Shown here: piece after piece, positions 7,652 to 13,580 of the stretch | Layout of the letters: each line of letters opens with the position of its first letter | How positions within the stretch are numbered: position 1 is the first letter of the stretch | NCBI GenBank assembly: GCA_049700215.1 | Contig: JBNAVT010000039.1 | Coordinates: 1 to 13,580, forward strand | Reading direction: 5' to 3' | DNA length: 13,580 nucleotides | Origin: Thermoproteota archaeon | Lineage (GTDB): Archaea > Thermoproteota > EX4484-205 > JAAOZP01 | Position numbers and translations under genes: made by a program | Notes under the pieces: generated by a model | Told to the model about the DNA's origin: nothing | What the model saw: the letters and a program-made list of their open reading frames with translations, nothing else | Database searches by the model: none

Positions 7652-9076
7652 CTAGAAAGACAGCAATACTTGCCAGATGAAAAGATATCCCAGCGAGTCG
7701 ATTTCCTCCCAGACTCTTCTAAATAGCGTCTCGTCTCCAGAGATCGCTGCAATCTCCCTGCGTTTCTCATCCCAAGGTATGCAGACTCCCGGTTTTACTT
7801 TCAGACTAAGACCTGCCGCCGGCTTCCGCTCAACACCCCCCTCCCCCCGGGTATGATGCTTCAAGCCTTCAGAACACAAGTCTCCGTATTTTCCGTAGCT
7901 ACGTGTAAACTCAGTCATCGCCTTCACGTTTTCAACCTTAGCATCATTCTGAATTATGGCTGACGCATCCATGATGTACCCCCCGTCGGAAGCAATACTG
8001 TCAATGATTTTCTTACAGTATCGGCGCACCTCGTCGGGCGTCCCGAGGGTGAGCAGCCAGTTAGGCAGGCCCCCACTCAGACAGAACTTACGCCCGAGTT
8101 TCCTATGCGTCTCTGAAATATCACTCCTATCGATGTGGAAGACTATACTGCCCTCAGGCAATTCGGCGAAACTGTCTAGGTGCGGGGTCCAGTCTCCCTC
8201 CGCGTAGAAAAGCACCCGGAGCCCGTGAGACCAGAGCTCCTCAATAATTGGTTTCAACGTGCGCCAGTGAATTTTTTCAAAATGATCCATGCTGACGAAG
8301 GGCACGGTGCTGCGATGCATCCAGAAGCCTATTGGAACCTTTTTCTCCGGATCAGCAGTCATGCGGGCAACTTGAGTCAAATGTGGGGCGAGAGCCTCGC
8401 ATGCTTCAAGCACTTTCCCAGGCTGCCTGTGAAGATCCTTGGCTAAACCAATATACCCGCGGAGCTTGTCGGCTATAATATCGAGCGGAGCCTTGAGAAT
8501 ACCTGCTATAGCGGAGACGGTTCCAGCCTCCCTCCTCATCCTTTCAATCTGAGATCCGAAAGCGTTAAAATAATCGCTCATCGCCATAGCTCCTTTTACG
8601 AGCGCAAGCCTGCTGCGGTAGGAAGAGCAGGGTCCCTCTGCGGAAAACTCGCTGGAGACACGGGGAAGCCATACGTTGTAAAGGAACGATGTAGGGTCGT
8701 CTATCAGCAGATTATACTCCTCCGGCTTCATGAACGCCCTCTGCTCAGGCGGCTCAAGATACTGGAAAGCCGTGTCAGGAGGGATATCGAGGCCTGGTAT
8801 AGCGTAGTATTTCAGGCCGAGGGCCTGCGTGAGGCCTGTCCAAACATAAACCATGTTGGCGACCATCGCGTCCCAGTCAAAATCGCTAGCGCACTTCAAA
8901 ACAGCCTCGAAAGCCTTCCTGTAGTCGTGCGTCACCTCTTGACAAGTATAGCCCGCGTACTTTGCAGTAAACTCGGCGACAAAGGGACGTATCGGAATGC
9001 AATCCGGTTTCTCATTACGCATTGCAGTCAAGTAGCGTTTTAAACGCTCTTGGTAAACATGTTCCTTCTCACCCAT
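7652..9076 (-). CDS. Uroporphyrinogen-decarboxylase-fold protein, most like MtoB/MtvB-type corrinoid-dependent O-demethylase (methyltransferase I)
   Basis: 474 aa with UroD/COG0407-fold motifs: KPDCIPI, APLDIIADKLRG..GLAKDL..QPGKVLEACE, SMDHFEKIHWRTLK, LFYAEGDW, CLSGGLP..LL..GTPDEVRRYCKKIID and GGYIM. It has the FQYLE..FMKPEEY..LIDDPTSFL...WLPR insertion I associate with MtvB/MtoB. It lacks the H-x-C zinc motif of MtaA/MT2 (FYAEG in its place) and the WxMRQAGR motif of true HemE. A G-rich RBS (GGAGGGGG) lies upstream. The fold call is confident, the subfamily call less so. Confidence 0.8.
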   Translation of the reverse strand: MGEKEHVYQERLKRYLTAMRNEKPDCIPIRPFVAEFTAKYAGYTCQEVTHDYRKAFEAVLKCASDFDWDAMVANMVYVWTGLTQALGLKYYAIPGLDIPPDTAFQYLEPPEQRAFMKPEEYNLLIDDPTSFLYNVWLPRVSSEFSAEGPCSSYRSRLALVKGAMAMSDYFNAFGSQIERMRREAGTVSAIAGILKAPLDIIADKLRGYIGLAKDLHRQPGKVLEACEALAPHLTQVARMTADPEKKVPIGFWMHRSTVPFVSMDHFEKIHWRTLKPIIEELWSHGLRVLFYAEGDWTPHLDSFAELPEGSIVFHIDRSDISETHRKLGRKFCLSGGLPNWLLTLGTPDEVRRYCKKIIDSIASDGGYIMDASAIIQNDAKVENVKAMTEFTRSYGKYGDLCSEGLKHHTRGEGGVERKPAAGLSLKVKPGVCIPWDEKRREIAAISGDETLFRRVWEEIDSLGYLFIWQVLLSF

Positions 9077-9095
9077 CCCCGCCCCCTCCGTTGCT

Positions 9096-9118
9096 TAAAT
9101 ATTGAGCAGCAATATTTA
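9096..9118. promoter_or_regulatory. Perfect inverted repeat TAAATATTG-N5-CAATATTTA upstream of the O-demethylase-like gene; candidate operator overlapping its TATA region
   Basis: The 9-bp arms at 9096-9104 and 9110-9118 are exact reverse complements and lie 20-42 nt upstream of the ATG at 9076 (minus strand). Confidence 0.55.
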
Positions 9119-9202
9119 TCTTTAAATGTTTTATCCAAGTGGAAAAGGATTAGCCCCTGTTTCGAAAGCGCGCGCTTAAGACAAACCGTCGCCAAAAACC
9201 AT

Positions 9203-9217
9203 GAGAAAAGATTAATA
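9203..9217 (+). promoter_or_regulatory. Putative BRE-TATA for the isomerase/epimerase gene
   Basis: GAGAAAAG followed by ATTAATA, about 30-36 nt upstream of the ATG at 9247. GTGA sits just before the start. Confidence 0.45.
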
Positions 9218-9246
9218 CCCTCCAAGACATTCTTAACGCGTGATTA

Positions 9247-10080
9247 ATGATGGGAAGCCTGAAAATAGGGTTGGCATTATGGTCGCTAGGATTAACTAGG
9301 AACGAGACCGAGTTTAAAGCTGCTCTTGAAACAGCTAGGGAAATCGGTGTAAAGGGTGTTCAACTATTCTGCGTCGACTACTCCCCTTCTGAACCCTGCT
9401 TCCTGGATCCAGATAGGTGCGTAGGCGTTGAAAGAAGAAGAGTCAGGGAGATTGTAGAGTCCTACGGGCTTGAGATAACCGGGTTCTGCGCCCAGCTCAC
9501 TGGACCCATGGACCCGGGAATGCCATGGCCAGGCTCAGCCTTCGGCGACCCAAGAGGCCTTGAGAAGAGGATTGAAAAGACTATGAGGGCTTTGGAACTG
9601 GCCTCAGATATGGGCTCAAAGATAGTTACAACACACCCCGGTGAAATACCGTCAGACTGTTCAAGCAACAGGTACAGGGTGATGCTTAATTCCTGCAAGA
9701 CGGTGGCCAAGTATGCTGAGCAGGTTGGCGCAGTTTTTTGCATAGAAACAGGGCAGGAGAGAGCGGAGGTTCTTAGGCGTCTTCTCGAGGAAGTAGGGAG
9801 TGAAGGGTTAAAGGTAAACTATGATCCTGCCAACATGCTTCGACACGGTGTTGTGGAGGGTGTGAGAATCCTGGCTCCCTGGATTGTGCATACCCACGCT
9901 AAAGACTATAACCCGGTTTCGAAGCGTGCAACAGTCGGCGAAGGCCTAGTGCCATGGGACGAGTATATTGCTACGCTTAAATCGGTAAACTATTCAGGAT
10001 GGTTTGCAATCGAGGATGAAACCGGCATAGACGTAGTGGAGTCTATTAAACGTGGTAAAGCATTCTTGGAAAAATACTGA
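9247..10080 (+). CDS. Sugar phosphate isomerase/epimerase family protein (xylose isomerase-like / AP endonuclease 2 TIM barrel)
   Basis: The E-D-H-E metal ligand set is present: FCIETG, VNYDPAN, VHTHAKD and AIEDE. Also IVTTHPG and VGEGLVPW..Y...LKSVNYSGW. Confidence 0.9.
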   Translation: MMGSLKIGLALWSLGLTRNETEFKAALETAREIGVKGVQLFCVDYSPSEPCFLDPDRCVGVERRRVREIVESYGLEITGFCAQLTGPMDPGMPWPGSAFGDPRGLEKRIEKTMRALELASDMGSKIVTTHPGEIPSDCSSNRYRVMLNSCKTVAKYAEQVGAVFCIETGQERAEVLRRLLEEVGSEGLKVNYDPANMLRHGVVEGVRILAPWIVHTHAKDYNPVSKRATVGEGLVPWDEYIATLKSVNYSGWFAIEDETGIDVVESIKRGKAFLEKY

Positions 10081-10149
10081 CTCTAAAACAGTAACCCTTA
10101 CTTACTTTTAAAGCTCTCAGCCGCAGCACAGTCCTAAACGATTTTTTCT

Positions 10150-11292
10150 TCAGAAGACTGATGAAACCCTTAGCCTCCTACCGGTTCTCGAAGACTGTAT
10201 CGACTTTATCATTATTTCGCTAACATGAAAGCCCCACTCTAGGCTGGGGAGAGGATCCTTATCGTTTACTATGCACTCGAAAAAGTGCTCCGTGGAAGCC
10301 CTATAATAGTTCCAAGGTGGGAAATCCTGCTTGGGTATGCAGTACCAGCCGTCCGGCGAGTAATACTTGCTATCCCTACGCTTCGTCATAACGGATATTG
10401 CCGCCGGCCCACCTATGAGTAGAGCACCCTCACTCCCGTAGATCTCTATGTCAGGCATGTTTCCAACACCAGTCCTGAGGCCGTCGGGAGTCACGAAGTT
10501 CGCGATGACGCACCCCAGGCTTCCGCTCCTCATGTCGAGCAGTGTAAACGTGTTGTCCTCCGCCCGCATCCTTATCCTTTTACTTGGCTTCGCAGCAGCA
10601 AGCTTCGGCCAGAATGACTCATAGGGCTTATGGGAAAGATGCTCCGTGAAAAACTCGTCTGGAACTATGAATCTATCCGGTATAGATATTTCCGCCATCC
10701 CAGATACTGAGGAAGCAGGGCCGAGGAGGAAGGTTAGCGCAGCTATCTGGTATACGCCGAGGTCAAAAAGAGGGCCACCTGCTTGCCTGGTGAAGAAAGT
10801 CTCCTCCCCCCAGGTCGGCGCTCCCCTGCCCAGCCCCGCTCTAAACCAGTAGATTTCCCCTATGGTTCCCTCCTCCAGTATGCTTTTAGCCCTTAGGTAG
10901 AGGGGGCTCATCTGTACGTTCGGCTCCACAAGCGCCTTGACACCTGCTTTCTTAACCGCGGTAAAAACCTTCCGCGCATCCCTCATGTTCGTAGCCAATG
11001 GTTTCTGAACCAAGACATGTTTCCCAGCCCTAGCAGCCTTCGCAGCCTGGTCCGCATGCATACCCATGCCTGACAGTATGAAAACAGCTTCAACATCAGA
11101 TTTCTTCAGCATCTCGTCGACATCCGTATAATATTCTTTAGCACCCCATAGCTCCATGCTTCTCCTAGCCCTCTCCTTAATCCTGTCGCACGTGGCCACT
11201 AGCTCGCCCTTCTCAACTATCATTGGAAGATAGGCTTCGTTGGCGATGACTCCACACCCTACAACGCCACACTTCACCTTCCCATCCCCCAT
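10150..11292 (-). CDS. Gfo/Idh/MocA family NAD(P)-dependent oxidoreductase
   Basis: Rossmann motif KCGVVGCGVIA, plus AARAGKHVLVQKPLA, GTIGEI, GGPLFDLGVY and IEIYGSEG. I moved the start from 11448 to the ATG at 11292 (380 aa) because it is directly preceded by GGTGAGGAG, has a TATA box about 36 nt upstream, and the extra 52 aa show no family similarity. Confidence 0.92.
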   Translation of the reverse strand: MGDGKVKCGVVGCGVIANEAYLPMIVEKGELVATCDRIKERARRSMELWGAKEYYTDVDEMLKKSDVEAVFILSGMGMHADQAAKAARAGKHVLVQKPLATNMRDARKVFTAVKKAGVKALVEPNVQMSPLYLRAKSILEEGTIGEIYWFRAGLGRGAPTWGEETFFTRQAGGPLFDLGVYQIAALTFLLGPASSVSGMAEISIPDRFIVPDEFFTEHLSHKPYESFWPKLAAAKPSKRIRMRAEDNTFTLLDMRSGSLGCVIANFVTPDGLRTGVGNMPDIEIYGSEGALLIGGPAAISVMTKRRDSKYYSPDGWYCIPKQDFPPWNYYRASTEHFFECIVNDKDPLPSLEWGFHVSEIMIKSIQSSRTGRRLRVSSVF

Positions 11293-11337
11293 TCTCCTCA
11301 CCCTTGCTGTGCGAATCGGCGAGGATTTATTTAAAGC
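11293..11337 (-). promoter_or_regulatory. TATA box and RBS of the Gfo/Idh/MocA gene
   Basis: Minus strand reads GCTTTAAATA (11337-11328) and GGTGAGGAG just before the ATG at 11292. Confidence 0.55.
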
Positions 11338-11549
11338 TATCTCATTATTAATTTTAAGGATGAAAAGAAGGCTCCTCGTCCCTGAACCACATACTCCACT
11401 GCCCCGGCTCAACTTAATTAACGTAGCATCCGACTTCTCACTCGACAACGAGGAAGCATGCCGAAGGGATTTTTCGCCTAACGGGCGGAGCCCGAATGAT
11501 AAGGACTGGCCTCGTCATGATGGAAAGGGCTTACGGGCAGTGCTCGCGC

Positions 11550-11564
11550 GCTTAAAATTTAATT
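11550..11564 (+). promoter_or_regulatory. Putative TATA region of the creatininase-family gene (possibly a leaderless transcript)
   Basis: GCTTAAAATTTAATT lies 24-38 nt upstream of the ATG at 11588, and no RBS-like motif precedes the start. Confidence 0.4.
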
Positions 11565-11587
11565 AGAATGCTGTAAAAACAATAAGT

Positions 11588-12316
11588 ATGAAAATCAAGT
11601 ATGAGGAAATGACTCCTAAAGAGTTTCTTGAGGCGGTTGAAAAAATGCCTGTCTTCATAGTTCCGACAGGGCTTCTCGAGTGGCATGGCGACCATCTCCC
11701 ATTGGGGCAAGACGCGTTAAAAGCCTACGGCATATGTCTGCGAGTAGCTGAGAAGCTTGGGGGAGGAGTGGTTCTTCCCCCCAACTATTGGGGGAGACCC
11801 GGTTTTTCAACGTATGTGGGAACCCTGACTTTCAGCGACGGGTTGATTCGAACCCTCTTCTGGGAGCTTTTCGAGCAACTCAGGAAGGTTGGGGCGAAAT
11901 TGATACTGGTCGTTACAGGGCACTATGGTCCCTGCCAAGTAGATTGCCTTAAAGGGGTGGCTGAGGATTTCAACAGGTGCCATCCAGACGTTTGCGTCAT
12001 GGTTCAACCCGAATACGAGGGTGTCGAGGTTAACGGGGAAGTGCCTGCAGACCACGCTGGCAAATGGGAGACCTCCATGTTCTGGTACATGTTTCCCCAG
12101 CTTACAGCGCTTGAAGAATTTAAGCCCGGGAGTGTTAAGGTGCACACCTACCCAAATGCGCCATACAACTATTATCGTGAAAGCCCAGTGTGGGAGTGGA
12201 AGGAGGACATTAGGGTGGTCTCCTCCCCGCAGCTCGGGAGGGAAGCGGTAGAAACCATCGTGGACCATTTGGCTGAACTGGTTAAACGGAGGCTGGAGGA
12301 GTTGAAAAAACCCTGA
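11588..12316 (+). CDS. Creatininase / creatinine amidohydrolase family metalloenzyme
   Basis: Signature motifs PTGLLEWHGDHLPLGQD (E-x-H-G-x-H-L-P-x-G-x-D), VTGHYG (variant of NGHGGN) and DHAGKWETS, plus N-terminal YEEMTPKEF and C-terminal SPQLGRE. Confidence 0.9.
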   Translation: MKIKYEEMTPKEFLEAVEKMPVFIVPTGLLEWHGDHLPLGQDALKAYGICLRVAEKLGGGVVLPPNYWGRPGFSTYVGTLTFSDGLIRTLFWELFEQLRKVGAKLILVVTGHYGPCQVDCLKGVAEDFNRCHPDVCVMVQPEYEGVEVNGEVPADHAGKWETSMFWYMFPQLTALEEFKPGSVKVHTYPNAPYNYYRESPVWEWKEDIRVVSSPQLGREAVETIVDHLAELVKRRLEELKKP

Positions 12317-12321
12317 GGCTG

Positions 12322-13518
12322 TTAAGCCCTCCTCCTTATCCCGGCGACGATGATGAGGCACGCTAGGAACATTAAGACACCCATTGTACTGAACATAAAC
12401 CGGTAGCCATAGGCTTGGCTAAGCATGCCGATCGACATTGGAGCAAGCATGCTCGCTATGTTCCAGGAGGAGTTGAAAAGACCTAGGGCAAAACCCCTTT
12501 TATCTTCACCGACGAGTTCAGAGGCTAGTGCTGAACTGGCTCCTGAGAAAGCACCCCAGACAAAGCCGTAGAGAGCCATGGCGAGCAGAGCCCCCTCAAA
12601 ACCGGTGGTCATGGAATTTATGAACATGTAGGCCCCGCAGAGCACGTAGGCAACCAGAACGATGGTTTTACGCCCAAGCCTATCCGAGAGGTGTCCGAAG
12701 AACACGTTGATCGGTATCTCAAGCCAGCTGGTGAGGCTCAGCAGCAGCGTGGCCGTTATCATGCCGAGGCCCAGCTCGAAAGCATAGAACATCGGCACAT
12801 ACACGTTTTTAGCGAAATCGGCCATGAAGAAGATAACGCCTCCGGAGATAAACGCTAGAAAGGGGGTTCCTAGGCTGAGGATTGAGGCTGGAGAAAACCC
12901 CCCACCTTTCTTCTTCACACCTGAGGCACGGCTGTCTCCAACCTTTAAAAACAGGTGAACGAGGGTGAGCGAGGCGAAATAGAGGAGTGAGCAAAGACCG
13001 AAAAAGTATCCTCCACCCAACTCGTTTATAATGAACCCTGTGAACGCGACTGAAACAGCCCAACCAAGGGAGGCGGCTGACCAAAAAACACCCATCGACC
13101 TGCCGCGATTCTTTGTCGAGGAGACTTCTGACAAGAGTGCCATTGCAGCCGGGTAGGATGCTGAACCAACAAAGCTCGTTGTAACGAGGAGGACTGCAAG
13201 AACAAGCCTGTTCTTTAGCAAAACCATAGAAAGGTATCCGAGCGCGTAGCCCGCGGTCCCGAGCTTCAGGAAAAACAACCTGTTCATAGCCCTGTCCGAC
13301 AAGTATCCCCATGTTACCTGCCCTATGAGGCTTGACACCGCTATGGAAGACAGTAGCAGGTTGATGGAACCCCCGTCAAACCCGTTTGCAGAGAGGTATA
13401 GGGGAGTCCCTGGTACTAAAAGCCCGGAGGCAGCCATGAACAGTATGTTGTAAGCAAAGATGACGAGCAATGGGCTGAGACGAGTTTCCCCCGCGATATT
13501 TCCTTTCACGAGGCCCAT
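12322..13518 (-). CDS. Major facilitator superfamily (MFS) transporter
   Basis: 398 aa with about 12 hydrophobic segments. MFS motif A appears in both halves (WGYLSDRAMNR and FGHLSDRLGRK), along with NRGRSMG and KRGFALG. Confidence 0.93.
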   Translation of the reverse strand: MGLVKGNIAGETRLSPLLVIFAYNILFMAASGLLVPGTPLYLSANGFDGGSINLLLSSIAVSSLIGQVTWGYLSDRAMNRLFFLKLGTAGYALGYLSMVLLKNRLVLAVLLVTTSFVGSASYPAAMALLSEVSSTKNRGRSMGVFWSAASLGWAVSVAFTGFIINELGGGYFFGLCSLLYFASLTLVHLFLKVGDSRASGVKKKGGGFSPASILSLGTPFLAFISGGVIFFMADFAKNVYVPMFYAFELGLGMITATLLLSLTSWLEIPINVFFGHLSDRLGRKTIVLVAYVLCGAYMFINSMTTGFEGALLAMALYGFVWGAFSGASSALASELVGEDKRGFALGLFNSSWNIASMLAPMSIGMLSQAYGYRFMFSTMGVLMFLACLIIVAGIRRRA

Positions 13519-13525
13519 GGCAACA

Positions 13526-13565
13526 GCCTCAAACTCCTCGCTTAAACAAGCGGATATAAGCTTTT
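13526..13565 (-). promoter_or_regulatory. BRE-TATA and RBS of the MFS gene
   Basis: Minus strand reads AAAAGCTTATAT (13565-13554), about 36 nt upstream of the ATG at 13518, followed by GAGGAG and GAGG elements. Confidence 0.55.
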
Positions 13566-13580
13566 GAAAAACGATGCGGA

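Noticed and set aside
7652-9076. Annotation as hemE (uroporphyrinogen decarboxylase) or mtaA
   Set aside because: It lacks the HemE WxMRQAGR motif and the MtaA H-x-C zinc motif, is longer than either, and no tetrapyrrole genes are nearby.
10101-10150. T-rich tracts after the isomerase gene as an archaeal terminator
   Set aside because: Plausible, but the tracts are short and cannot be distinguished from background without Term-seq.
11358-11400. Possible C/D-box sRNA (GATGAAA ... CTGA)
   Set aside because: There is no canonical RUGAUGA box C and no second C'/D pair at the right spacing.
11293-11448. 52-aa N-terminal extension of the Gfo/Idh/MocA ORF in the ORF track
   Set aside because: It overlaps a clear TATA box and RBS pointing to the ATG at 11292 and has no family similarity.
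26-12251. Remaining short ORFs (61-111 aa) in the six-frame track
   Set aside because: All overlap well-supported genes or promoter regions in other frames and show no recognisable motifs.
11807-12361. 184-aa minus-strand ORF
   Set aside because: It is the antisense shadow of the creatininase gene, with no recognisable motifs.
12809-13312. 167-aa alternative-frame ORF inside the MFS gene
   Set aside because: It is fully nested in a well-supported gene, with atypical Arg/Ser/Cys-rich composition and no motifs.
1-13580. CRISPR arrays, tRNA/rRNA genes, IS elements, selenocysteine or pyrrolysine readthrough
   Set aside because: I saw no periodic repeats, cloverleaf-like sequences or transposase motifs. 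The methyltransferase-like ORF has no internal TAG, and apart from the Hsp20 fragment the proteins appear complete at their stop codons.

Overview
Gene-dense, archaeal-looking region with TATA/BRE-like promoter elements, GGTG/GGAGG ribosome-binding sites and AGG/AGA-rich coding. A thermophilic Thermoproteota-type host such as Bathyarchaeia or Brockarchaeota is an inference only. It is dominated by carbohydrate and small-molecule catabolism: a 5'-truncated GH38 alpha-mannosidase joined to a truncated Hsp20 fragment at the left edge, two translationally coupled paralogous GH-like TIM-barrel proteins with CxCxxC motifs, a GH2 glycosidase, a UroD-fold protein resembling MtoB/MtvB corrinoid-dependent O-demethylases (with no partner genes in the window), a sugar phosphate isomerase/epimerase-type TIM barrel, a Gfo/Idh/MocA oxidoreductase, a creatininase-family amidohydrolase and an MFS transporter. 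I saw no RNA genes, CRISPR arrays or mobile elements. The most notable points are the orphan O-demethylase-like gene among glycosidases, the Hsp20/GH38 breakpoint near position 52, and related AT-rich palindromes in two divergent promoter regions. All family assignments come from motif recognition by eye, not database searches.
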